DNA of 64,000 bases from positions 72,879 to 136,878 of the IMG/VR virus record IMGVR_UViG_3300023179_000026. The stretch is one strand, 5' to 3'. Numbering within the stretch: position 1 is the first letter of the stretch; the number at the start of each line of letters is the position of its first letter. Shown here piece after piece: positions 1 through 8,860 of the stretch. Made by a program: the position numbers and the translations under genes. The notes below the pieces were generated by a model, which ran no database searches, was not told the DNA's origin, and was given only the letters and a program-made list of their open reading frames with translations. The stretch comes from a virus.

Positions 1-99
1 ACCATCATAATTTAAGATAGCCTTATTAAAATCAGCTAACACACCATCCATATCAACAAAAACAAATGGTTTGGCTTTCGACACTTCAAAAATTTTCAT
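1..99 (-). CDS. HAD-family 5'(3')-nucleotidase-like phosphatase, N-terminal part (runs off left edge)
   Basis: Not in ORF track; ATG at 99 overlaps the TGA of 96..524 (ATGA); reads MKIFEVSKAKPFVFVDMDGVLADFNK, HAD motif I DxDGVLxDF. Confidence 0.75.
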   Translation of the reverse strand, partial: MKIFEVSKAKPFVFVDMDGVLADFNKAILNYDG

Positions 100-524
100 A
101 CTCTACAATTCCCTATAACCTTAGTAATGGTTGTAAATTCACGTGCAATACGCTCATAAAACATTTCAGGTGGGCGTTCACTATAAGTACGATAACCCAA
201 AGCAAGTTGACCCATGTCAACATAATAGGATAAACTAGGCCAACGTTTTCTGTTGAGTTTTAACCCATCAATAAGTATACATTCTTCTGCTAGTCTTGTC
301 AATGTAGCTTTTTTTGTTTCACCCTCAGTGTTCATTGCTTCCATCAATTTTATGGCAATAGGTTCGTTATTCAGGTGTGGATTTTCCATATGTCTTGCAA
401 ACATGTGTACAGTAAATGCTTCAATTTCAGGGTCTAAATTGACACATGCAGCAGCTTCGGCGGCAATAATTACCTCGTAGCTATGCTTGACATAGGTCAT
501 CCAATGTTGCATATTAGTGTTCAA
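96..524 (-). CDS. hypothetical protein resembling an uncharacterised proteobacterial family
   Basis: 142-aa ORF coupled to both neighbours; SYYVDMGQLAL...MFYERIAREF pattern recalled from bacterial hypotheticals. Confidence 0.6.
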   Translation of the reverse strand: MNTNMQHWMTYVKHSYEVIIAAEAAACVNLDPEIEAFTVHMFARHMENPHLNNEPIAIKLMEAMNTEGETKKATLTRLAEECILIDGLKLNRKRWPSLSYYVDMGQLALGYRTYSERPPEMFYERIAREFTTITKVIGNCRV

Positions 525-1758
525 GTAATAGAGTTATAATTACATCATTACGGTTAGCACTATCGTCTCCATCGCCTGGGACTACGACAACGTTCCAATA
601 TGGTTCGCCATTTGATTTTACACCATCTTTAAATGTCATCATTTGGTCATAGGTAATAATCGTATTTGGTTTAATACCATATTTTTGGGCAGCACGTTGT
701 TTAAATGTTTCCCACGCTTCAGCATTTTTCCAACGCAATTTATTATTTGCATCACGTCCCATCAAATCAGTAAACATTTCACGGTCTACAATTTCACTAC
801 GTTTGACTTCTTGACCTGTTTGTTTTTTATAGATATCAACTTTTTTGTATTCACCTGATTTAGCACCCATAGAAAAATTAATTCTAAAGTTTTGTGGACG
901 CTGACTTGTTGCTACATCGCCCATTTTAGTATAGGCGTAAAATTGTACGTCAGGAAACTTTCTAGCTACATCATACGCCAAGTTTAAATATTCAGGGCTA
1001 AAGAAATCACCCGCATCATGCCAACGAATAATAACTTGTGTACCCTTTTTCTGATATTTTTCCCTAGCTGATTCAATTTCACTTTCAAGCATTGCTTTCC
1101 ATCCATCAGGATCATTTAATAGAAAGTTTAATGACCTAGATCCTGCTTCAGATGGTGGGGCATATTGCACATAACCACCCTTCATAGCATAACATACTTG
1201 GACGCATTTACCTGCGCCTGGGCAGGTGTTGACTACTACAAATTTTTGTCTATCTTCATCAACTGCTAAACCAACTAATGCAGGTAATCCAATGTTAAAA
1301 AATATACTACTGCTTCCATCACTATGTTGCATTTTTTCATTTTGTTTAAGCAACTTTTTAGGACGTTGCATAACAGATGCCATTAGTTTTGGTAAATCAT
1401 ATAATTGATTATTTCCATCAACAATAGGTACTGTTCCACTATGAATATATGGGCGTATTAACTTATCTTGTTTAAATCGTTTGTAAATGTCATATTCCTC
1501 ACCTGACATTTTTCCAAGCTGTTTTTTACTTGGTCTACGATACTTTTTTTGTAATTCAGGACTAAGTTTTCTACGAAGATAATCAGTTAACTCATCTTCA
1601 GGATAATCACGGCGTGGCGCACCCAAAAATTTTTCAGCTTCATCTAATTCTTGTTCATCTTGAACAAACTGTTGCAACGACATAATTTGTACTCCTGAGG
1701 CTGCGCCTGGGAAATCAGACTTTAATGCATTTTCAAATAATAGTTCGCTAATTTTCAT
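514..1758 (-). CDS. GP88-like protein (Cys cluster, radical-SAM-like) with N-terminal extension
   Basis: TCPGAGKCVQVCYA (Cx5Cx3C), RWHDAGDF and FYAYTK motifs of the phage GP88 family. Confidence 0.7.
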   Translation of the reverse strand: MKISELLFENALKSDFPGAASGVQIMSLQQFVQDEQELDEAEKFLGAPRRDYPEDELTDYLRRKLSPELQKKYRRPSKKQLGKMSGEEYDIYKRFKQDKLIRPYIHSGTVPIVDGNNQLYDLPKLMASVMQRPKKLLKQNEKMQHSDGSSSIFFNIGLPALVGLAVDEDRQKFVVVNTCPGAGKCVQVCYAMKGGYVQYAPPSEAGSRSLNFLLNDPDGWKAMLESEIESAREKYQKKGTQVIIRWHDAGDFFSPEYLNLAYDVARKFPDVQFYAYTKMGDVATSQRPQNFRINFSMGAKSGEYKKVDIYKKQTGQEVKRSEIVDREMFTDLMGRDANNKLRWKNAEAWETFKQRAAQKYGIKPNTIITYDQMMTFKDGVKSNGEPYWNVVVVPGDGDDSANRNDVIITLLLEH

Positions 1759-1777
1759 AGTAAAAATACCTTTACAG

Positions 1778-1784
1778 TATTTAT
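1778..1784 (-). promoter_or_regulatory. T4-late-type promoter box ATAAATA
   Basis: Intergenic, 19 nt upstream of ATG 1758; T4 consensus TATAAATA. Confidence 0.6.
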
Positions 1785-1790
1785 TATAAA

Positions 1791-2492
1791 TTAACCAAAT
1801 CCAAACATACCATAATGTTTGGACATAGCATATGGAGCAATGAATACTTTACCCCCAATTTTTCTCCATTCAGTACAAAAATGATAATCTTCAGATAACA
1901 AATTTACATCAATACTTGTTTGAAAAAATGCATATATAGTTCTTCCTGTATATTCATTCCAATTTCCAATATAGGTAGGCGTATGTGAGGCAAGTTTTTG
2001 AAAAACTTTTCGTTTAATTAACATATAACCTGTACCTGCATGAAGTACTTCTTTAAGCTTATTAGATTCAATGTCAATTTTTGGACTTTCATGATCTACG
2101 GGATTAAAGATATACCATGTACTACAAAGAGATAATTTGTCAGTTGGGCAACCATTTTTAACTGCATTTTCTACCCATTCCCAATTAATCATTTTAGACG
2201 GGTAAATTCCACATATTAAGTCAACATTCTCTTGTAACATACGAATAACATCAGGTGGATTAATAATTATATCAGCGTCAAGGAATAATAAATGAGTACA
2301 ATCGGATACCATAAAATCATTGACAAAATTATCTCTTGCACGTGTAATTAACGATTGGTCATACATAAAATGGTATTCAAAATGCCATTTTTTCTTTCTA
2401 AATTCTTCAACTAATTTTATAACGGAGTCAGCGAATAACCCGTGACATTGACCACCATACATCGGTGTGGCTAGAAAAACTCTTGGTTTCAT
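1791..2492 (-). CDS. GT-A fold glycosyltransferase-like protein (ATPMYGG family)
   Basis: FLATPMYGG N-terminus, LLFLDADI DxD motif, AGTGYMLIKR, SEDYHFC..WRKIGG. Confidence 0.7.
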   Translation of the reverse strand: MKPRVFLATPMYGGQCHGLFADSVIKLVEEFRKKKWHFEYHFMYDQSLITRARDNFVNDFMVSDCTHLLFLDADIIINPPDVIRMLQENVDLICGIYPSKMINWEWVENAVKNGCPTDKLSLCSTWYIFNPVDHESPKIDIESNKLKEVLHAGTGYMLIKRKVFQKLASHTPTYIGNWNEYTGRTIYAFFQTSIDVNLLSEDYHFCTEWRKIGGKVFIAPYAMSKHYGMFGFG

Positions 2493-2514
2493 TATTACTC
2501 CACGTAAGTATGCT

Positions 2515-2521
2515 TATTTAC
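2515..2521 (-). promoter_or_regulatory. late-type promoter box GTAAATA inside an inverted repeat (2501-2507/2518-2524)
   Basis: CACGTAA...TTACGTG stem abutting the GGAG Shine-Dalgarno of 1791..2492. Confidence 0.5.
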
Positions 2522-2548
2522 GTGATTCAAAATTATAATTAAATTTTG

Positions 2549-4852
2549 TTAGGATGAGCCAAAAAACTTATTCATCAAAGCTTTTTGTTTTTTAGGTTTT
2601 GCTCCAAGTACAGGACTAATATTAGCTACCTTGTCAGTGCCACTTAAATATTTTGGGTTACGTTTGTCCTCTTTAGTATAACGTGGGTCTTTAGGATCAT
2701 ACTCAGTACCAAACGCACTCTTAACTTGTGACGAATTGAATATGATATAAGACATATCTATATAGTCAGCTTGTTTTTGCAAATACTGATGCGCTTCTTG
2801 CTCAGCTTCTTCAGGTGTATCACCTTCACCAATAGGTAAAGTAGGCATAACATTATCAGGTAAATATGCTACGTACTTTGATCCTTCTTTTTTAATCGTA
2901 AAATTAATGCGCTCATCAGGTCGCAATGTTCGCTTACCTTCATTAGTATTACGATATTGTATACCATCATATCCCGCATCAAACAATGAACGTGCTAATT
3001 CAGCATAGATTGTTGCTTTACAATCATCCCAATCCATGTCACGATCTCTACGAATTGCATCAAGTTCGTTATATTCTTTTTGGTTAATAATCTTTTTCTT
3101 AAATAAAAAATTCATAACTTGACGTAAATGTTCTTCATCAGGACCAAATATGTCAGGCATCGTAAATGGGTTAGTAATCTTTAAATAAACAGGAATTACA
3201 CGTGCTCCACTATATTTGGCAAACTCATTAGCTGCTTCACGATTGCCAAAATGTATACCAAAATCACGATATAAATTTTTAAACGTTGAAAAATCATTAG
3301 ATGTACCATGATATACAATCATAGGAGCACCATTGGTATCAACTACTTTACTATTGCCAAACCACGCTCTTAAATTTTCCTCACGACCTTCTTCTAGTTC
3401 TTTTAGAAAACTCATTGACTCTTTGTTAATATTAGGATTAGTTGGGTTAAATTCACCTGTATTAAATACTGATTTAATTTGTGTATTATCAAATGCAACA
3501 ATCTCTCTAATATCACCTATCTTAGCCCTACCCTGAAATATTATGCCATCATATCCTTCACTTTGTAATTGTTTCTTATATTGTATTGCTTTACTCATAG
3601 GCCATTTGTTCTCAATTTCATCAATCAATGATAACGGTTCAACTTTTGGCTTTTGTATGGACAAATATACAGGCATGATAACAGCATCGTCTTTGTCAAA
3701 ACCACGTCCTGCATAACGTTCAGCATAAGATGGGTCATCCGTAAAAAAATGCCCTAGATGTTTTTGTGCCGTGTTAAATTTGGGATAGTTTTTTAATTTT
3801 CTGCCTTTCTGAAACACACTGAAGTCTCTATCAGTACCATGATAAACTCGTAATGGCTTACCACTTGCATCTACAATTTTACTATTTTTAAACCAATTTT
3901 TAAAATTTTCTTCAGATTTTATATCAATATTTGTTGCACTTTTAAGTTTAAGTTTAGGTTTTTTCTCTGCAGGTCTAGGTGTGTCAAAATCCACATCAAT
4001 AACGTCAACTTTTTCTTCTTTAGTAATATCAGGTTCATCCCTACCAAATGTACCAACATTATATATAGACTTGATTTGATATTGTTCAAATGGGCGATAA
4101 GTTAAAATAATGGGTGTACCCTCAGCACCAAGTTCTAACTCTTTTCCATCACGTGGTTCATATTTCTGTGCACCTGCTTCAAAAACATCTTTTAAAATGA
4201 CCCCATCATATCCCATACCTTGTAGGTAACTTACAATATCTTCACTATCTGCAATAGTATATGTATCTATAACCGTATTGTCTAGTGCATCCTCAATCGA
4301 ACTAATATCGTCTGCTTCACCCCATGTGTCAATTTGATCGGAAAGGTCACGAAATCCTTTTATTCTAAAACCATCATCATCATAAGCATTAATTTCAAAT
4401 CTTGCGCCTGTTTTGTATATGATTTCATCTAAATCATATATCATATAGGACACATCTCTCCAACCTAGTTTTTTACGTCCACCATCAGGTACATTTAGAT
4501 CGCTAGGCACCGTATTAATAAAATCTATTAATGATATTGTTTCGTTATAACGGGTAAGGTCTAATGGTTTAACAATACGTAAATATGCTGCGATTACAGT
4601 AGAACCACTACCATATTGTCTTGTATCTAAATGTCTAGCATATACACTAGCTGCTGCAGGGTCATTCGTAAATGATGGTACTGCACGACCTTGTGTTAAT
4701 TTAAATTCTGTGGCAGTAGGTCGCTTACGTGTACCACGATATACAACAAGTGGGTTGCCATTACTATCAACCACTTTACTATTACCAAACCAACTACGAA
4801 ATGCTTTTGTCTCTCTAGCCTTTTGGTACTCTAATAACTGCCCAATTTTCAT
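2549..4852 (-). CDS. protein with three tandem ART-PolyVal-like ADP-ribosyltransferase-fold domains
   Basis: Three copies of WFxNSK(V/I)VDxxGxP(L/M)xVY(R/H)GT ... (AA/PV)YL.I..P ... GYDG(I/V) ... Q(I/V)KS. Confidence 0.75.
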   Translation of the reverse strand: MKIGQLLEYQKARETKAFRSWFGNSKVVDSNGNPLVVYRGTRKRPTATEFKLTQGRAVPSFTNDPAAASVYARHLDTRQYGSGSTVIAAYLRIVKPLDLTRYNETISLIDFINTVPSDLNVPDGGRKKLGWRDVSYMIYDLDEIIYKTGARFEINAYDDDGFRIKGFRDLSDQIDTWGEADDISSIEDALDNTVIDTYTIADSEDIVSYLQGMGYDGVILKDVFEAGAQKYEPRDGKELELGAEGTPIILTYRPFEQYQIKSIYNVGTFGRDEPDITKEEKVDVIDVDFDTPRPAEKKPKLKLKSATNIDIKSEENFKNWFKNSKIVDASGKPLRVYHGTDRDFSVFQKGRKLKNYPKFNTAQKHLGHFFTDDPSYAERYAGRGFDKDDAVIMPVYLSIQKPKVEPLSLIDEIENKWPMSKAIQYKKQLQSEGYDGIIFQGRAKIGDIREIVAFDNTQIKSVFNTGEFNPTNPNINKESMSFLKELEEGREENLRAWFGNSKVVDTNGAPMIVYHGTSNDFSTFKNLYRDFGIHFGNREAANEFAKYSGARVIPVYLKITNPFTMPDIFGPDEEHLRQVMNFLFKKKIINQKEYNELDAIRRDRDMDWDDCKATIYAELARSLFDAGYDGIQYRNTNEGKRTLRPDERINFTIKKEGSKYVAYLPDNVMPTLPIGEGDTPEEAEQEAHQYLQKQADYIDMSYIIFNSSQVKSAFGTEYDPKDPRYTKEDKRNPKYLSGTDKVANISPVLGAKPKKQKALMNKFFGSS

Positions 4853-5289
4853 CCACGGTCTTTTTTCAATATGCTACGTAGCATCCATGAATGTTTTGCG
4901 TGACTATCAATACGTCCTGCTATAAAATCAGCAATACCTTGCTCATCTTCTGCTTCACATTGATGGAATGTTTCTTTTAATAATACAATAATTTTTTGAT
5001 TATCTTCGTACAATTCTGCCATCATTAACTCAGCACGTGGGATTTGTTGTTGCTCATCAATAATACTTAACTCTTGATACCTTGTCATTGAGCCAGGCGC
5101 ATATGAGTCTAACTGACGAATTATTTCAGCTAATTGATCAATACTACCATATACTTCATTATATAAGTCACCTAAAAATGCGTGATACTGTGGAAAGTTT
5201 GGTCCTTCTACGTTCCAATGAAACCCTGCTGCCTTAATATAAAAAGCAAATGATGTTCCTAACACTTGCTTTAACTTATCTTTTAACAT
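4849..5289 (-). CDS. dps: Dps / ferritin-like DNA-protection protein
   Basis: FHWNVEGPNFPQYHAFLGDLY...IDQLAEIIRQL ferroxidase motif; H.KH.WML C-terminus. Confidence 0.9.
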   Translation of the reverse strand: MLKDKLKQVLGTSFAFYIKAAGFHWNVEGPNFPQYHAFLGDLYNEVYGSIDQLAEIIRQLDSYAPGSMTRYQELSIIDEQQQIPRAELMMAELYEDNQKIIVLLKETFHQCEAEDEQGIADFIAGRIDSHAKHSWMLRSILKKDRG

Positions 5290-7339
5290 TATTTTTACCT
5301 TCTAGCATATTTTTTTGTGCTTCATGACCTTCCATATACTCTGCTACATCTTTAATAAGTTCATCAGCACGTGTGATATGGTCTGAGACCCAACCTGGCA
5401 AGCCTTGTCCTTCACTTCTACCTTTAATTATCTTAGCAAGTGACATTGCATTTTTAATGGTAGATAATAAACTATTTACTGCCATTGATACTTCATGGTC
5501 AGGTTCCATGCGCTTAGCTTTAACTACATCACCACGCATACGCATCTTACCAGGCATTACTATGAGGTCTTGTTCATTTAATCCTTCTTCATCAGAATAT
5601 TGTGCATCACGTAATGCATCTTCAAAAATTTCATCTAATCCATAAATTGCACTTTCTAATTCATGCTTAGCTTCATAAACACGGCTATTATGATAATTAA
5701 AATCATCCATGTCTAAGTTATAAGTTTTTATTAGTTCTTCAATTTCTACCATAATTTCATTTACGGTATTATCGTATGCAATTCCTTTAGTAATTTTTCT
5801 AGCTTGCATTAAGGCACGTTCTAAATCATCTGCACGACCTTCGTTAATACTTTCGTTCTTAGATTTGTTACCCCAATTTTTTGCACCTGCTTTACGACAT
5901 TTAACTAAAGCACCACTAGCATATGCACTAGGCCAAATTTTATAACGACTTTTTACCTTATGGTAGCATGCATCTTTTTTACCTTCAGTAAATAATGCTT
6001 CACTGACCATTTCACCATTACATTGTGGGCAAATACCTTCTTTGACATAATATTCAAGACTTTCATTCTTAGTCTTGTTGCTTACCATATCAGCTTTACC
6101 TTGACGTTGCGGGTTTGGATCTTCACGGCGTTTTTTACGTACTGCTGCTGCAATAGCTTTTTTACCACCACTAGCACGTAATGATGCTGCCTTTTCTTTA
6201 CTTAAGCATTTTGGTTTACCTTCACCTGCTTTACGTTCGCCACACTTACCAATACGCTCACCTTTAGTATTGTAACGATCCCATCCACCGCCACCTGCGC
6301 CACCTTCACCACCTTTGCCAAACCATGCACGTAAATCTTCGCTTAATTGTTCAGCAATTTCACCTTCACTAAATTCTTTGCCAACAAGTTTATTACCTGT
6401 AACACCTTGAATAAGTGCCCATGCACGTTGGAATTCTTTTTCTTTAATTAATTGGTTTAGTATTTCTTTTTGACGTGGATCTGCCATTTTAAAGAATTTA
6501 ACCATTTCCATTGCACCGATATTACCTTCATAACCTAGTTCCATCAATGCTTCTTCATTAGTATGAGATTGGTATTCATCATAATCCATATACATATCGG
6601 TATCACGATCATAATACTTACCTTCTTTAGGATCGTAATAAACAATCTTACCTGATTTTAAACGAAATGGTCCTTCTAACCCTTGGTCTGACATATCTGT
6701 ATAACGTTCTTTATCAATTGGAGTTGATATTTTCCAACTTTCCTCTACATTTTGCTCTTTGTTGAAAAATGATACTTTTGGCAAACGGTTAAGTGCCCTA
6801 GAGAACCCGACAACAGATTGGTTGCGTTTTTCTGCAGGGCGTTTAGTTGGGTTCATGTCGTGCTTTTGTGCGTCTGCGGCAACTGCTTTGGCGTAACGTA
6901 AAACAGTAGCAGGTGACAGTTCATTTATTTGGTTATCGCCTTCCCCCACACCTTCTTTCCTAATACCAAGTGTACCCGCAGGATTACCTCCACCAAACAT
7001 ACTAGCAAATGCATCGCTTGCTTGTTGTTTAGTATCTGCTTTTTGTTGTTTTTTTACTTCTTTCTTACTCGTAACCTTTTTAAGCATTGTTTTAAACTTA
7101 TCATCATCTGTTGTTGGAGTAGTAGCTTCTGCCACAGTCTTTTTCTTTTTGCTACCTGCCCAATTACCCCACTCTGAAACACCACGCTCTACACTATTCA
7201 TGTATTTTTTACCACTATCTGCAGTCTCATCCGTTTTTTCACGTTTGACTGTTTCTTTGAATAATGGTGTGGCAACAGTAGCAACTGAACCTGCTGTCAT
7301 TTCATTAATTTTATCTAAGGTTTTACGAATATCTGACAT
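5276..7339 (-). CDS. multi-module putative internal head polyprotein
   Basis: 687 aa, K/E-rich; modules typical of T4-like phage hypotheticals (LRAWFG...GKPKCLS; KKDACYHKVKSRYKIWPSAYASGALVKCRK) separated by xxE motifs (INE, LSE, FTE, LNE). Confidence 0.6.
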   Translation of the reverse strand: MSDIRKTLDKINEMTAGSVATVATPLFKETVKREKTDETADSGKKYMNSVERGVSEWGNWAGSKKKKTVAEATTPTTDDDKFKTMLKKVTSKKEVKKQQKADTKQQASDAFASMFGGGNPAGTLGIRKEGVGEGDNQINELSPATVLRYAKAVAADAQKHDMNPTKRPAEKRNQSVVGFSRALNRLPKVSFFNKEQNVEESWKISTPIDKERYTDMSDQGLEGPFRLKSGKIVYYDPKEGKYYDRDTDMYMDYDEYQSHTNEEALMELGYEGNIGAMEMVKFFKMADPRQKEILNQLIKEKEFQRAWALIQGVTGNKLVGKEFSEGEIAEQLSEDLRAWFGKGGEGGAGGGGWDRYNTKGERIGKCGERKAGEGKPKCLSKEKAASLRASGGKKAIAAAVRKKRREDPNPQRQGKADMVSNKTKNESLEYYVKEGICPQCNGEMVSEALFTEGKKDACYHKVKSRYKIWPSAYASGALVKCRKAGAKNWGNKSKNESINEGRADDLERALMQARKITKGIAYDNTVNEIMVEIEELIKTYNLDMDDFNYHNSRVYEAKHELESAIYGLDEIFEDALRDAQYSDEEGLNEQDLIVMPGKMRMRGDVVKAKRMEPDHEVSMAVNSLLSTIKNAMSLAKIIKGRSEGQGLPGWVSDHITRADELIKDVAEYMEGHEAQKNMLEGKNNVKR

Positions 7340-7361
7340 GATGGAATTCCATAATATCTAG

Positions 7362-7368
7362 TATTTAT
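7362..7368 (-). promoter_or_regulatory. late-type promoter box ATAAATA
   Basis: Intergenic upstream of 5276..7339. Confidence 0.55.
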
Positions 7369-7383
7369 TCGCTATGAATTAAT

Positions 7384-8793
7384 TTAGAACTTACCTGATG
7401 GCTTTGCTATAGGTGGTATACCACTACGTTTAATCTTACCTAAACCTAATTTTATAGCATTTTGTCTAATACTATCAGGTTTTATATCAACGGTTAATGC
7501 TGTTTTAAAACGTGGGTCATCTTTTTCTGTTTCACTAGGGATATATCCTGAAGCCTCATTAACATTAAATGTAGGATCCACTTTTTGACGTTTCATTCCT
7601 TTAGGTTGGTTAGGATCAATCGGGTCAATATCAGTAGTGGTTAAACCTGTTGCCTCTAAATCTTTTATATACTTGTGCTCCGTATCTTCATCACCAAATG
7701 ACAATATGGTGCTAGGTGGTCCTTTTCCAAAATCATGCTTACCTAAACCTTTCATATTACTAATATGTTGTCCTAACTTATACCAATCATATACATCACT
7801 TACATCTACCCTAACCGTACCTTTTGGCATTGTGGGTTTAAACTCAGGACCAGGTGGCACTCCATTAGGGTCATAATCATCACGTAATTTACTATAATGT
7901 TTTCTATTTTTAGCCAAGTTTTTATATGCCATTTCAGTAGCTAAACTACGCACACTAGTATTTGCCATTTCAAACTTAATACCACGCTTTAGTTCACTAA
8001 TGATATCATTTCTACTACAACCATGCATCTTTGCTAATTCACTAATGCTATATATAGGTTGTTCAACATTTTTACCAACCTTTTGCTCCATACTCATTTT
8101 TTCACTATGTATTTCATTATAAGTATCACGCAAACGATGCAATAAACCACTTGTACGGAATGCTTTAAATGCTATATTTTCAGGTGAAAACTCACCTTGC
8201 AAATCCAACCCTGCTTTTCTATATTTTCTAATTGTATCTAGTAAGTCTTGAATTTTGTCCATATCTCTAGCTTGTAATGCTAGTTCAGCTACTTGTGCTA
8301 ATTTTTCAAACTTTAACTTACTTGCAGGTTCATTAATATCAGCAACTCGTTTAGTTGGAAATTTTATCCAACGATCTTTTAATACGCTGTATTCACCACG
8401 ACTGACAACAGGGTCAGCAGTATCTTGTACGTAAAGTTCTACTTCATACCCACCAATAGTAATATCATGCTGCATGTTCCACAATATTTTCTTAGCATGA
8501 AAAAGTTCAGAATAAATCTCAATGTTTTTTAACTTATCTATATCAACAAGTATATGTAAATCTATATCGCTATGTGATGTATAGGTATATGAAGCATTAC
8601 TACCACTTAGTGTAATATCTTTTACATCTATATTATTCACACCGAGATGTTCCATAAAATCATCTGCAATTTCTAATAATCGGTCACGCACAGCAGGAAT
8701 CATGTGTTCATCCCTAAAAATAGCAGGATTTAATTCATCATGAAATTGCACTGCATTTGTTAATTTGAAATTTTCAAGTTCTTTTAAGTTCAT
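7384..8793 (-). CDS. Pol-beta superfamily nucleotidyltransferase with degenerate DUF5661-like module
   Basis: LSGSNASYTYTSHSDIDLHILVD (GS...DxD) and VELYVQD; ELKRGIKFEMANT...HYSKL module; ATG 8793 preferred over track start 8808. Confidence 0.75.
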   Translation of the reverse strand: MNLKELENFKLTNAVQFHDELNPAIFRDEHMIPAVRDRLLEIADDFMEHLGVNNIDVKDITLSGSNASYTYTSHSDIDLHILVDIDKLKNIEIYSELFHAKKILWNMQHDITIGGYEVELYVQDTADPVVSRGEYSVLKDRWIKFPTKRVADINEPASKLKFEKLAQVAELALQARDMDKIQDLLDTIRKYRKAGLDLQGEFSPENIAFKAFRTSGLLHRLRDTYNEIHSEKMSMEQKVGKNVEQPIYSISELAKMHGCSRNDIISELKRGIKFEMANTSVRSLATEMAYKNLAKNRKHYSKLRDDYDPNGVPPGPEFKPTMPKGTVRVDVSDVYDWYKLGQHISNMKGLGKHDFGKGPPSTILSFGDEDTEHKYIKDLEATGLTTTDIDPIDPNQPKGMKRQKVDPTFNVNEASGYIPSETEKDDPRFKTALTVDIKPDSIRQNAIKLGLGKIKRSGIPPIAKPSGKF

Positions 8794-8798
8794 AGATA

Positions 8799-8805
8799 TA
8801 TTTAG
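8799..8805 (-). promoter_or_regulatory. late-type promoter box CTAAATA
   Basis: 5 nt upstream of ATG 8793, just after a terminator. Confidence 0.55.
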
Positions 8806-8806
8806 C

Positions 8807-8840
8807 AAAAAAACCGTGAGGAATTTCTTCCATCACGGTT
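8807..8840 (-). terminator. intrinsic terminator
   Basis: AACCGTGA-GGAA / TTCC-A-TCACGGTT hairpin followed by a U-run on the minus strand, downstream of 8861..9850. Confidence 0.8.
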
Positions 8841-8860
8841 ATAAGTACAACAATTAAAAA

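Noticed and set aside
7323-7352. Out-of-frame 9-codon upstream ORF (MEFHHVRYS) and 12-bp palindrome ATGGAATTCCAT before the polyprotein gene
   Set aside because: No SD for the upstream ATG, a hairpin of only 4 bp, single occurrence; compatible with chance.
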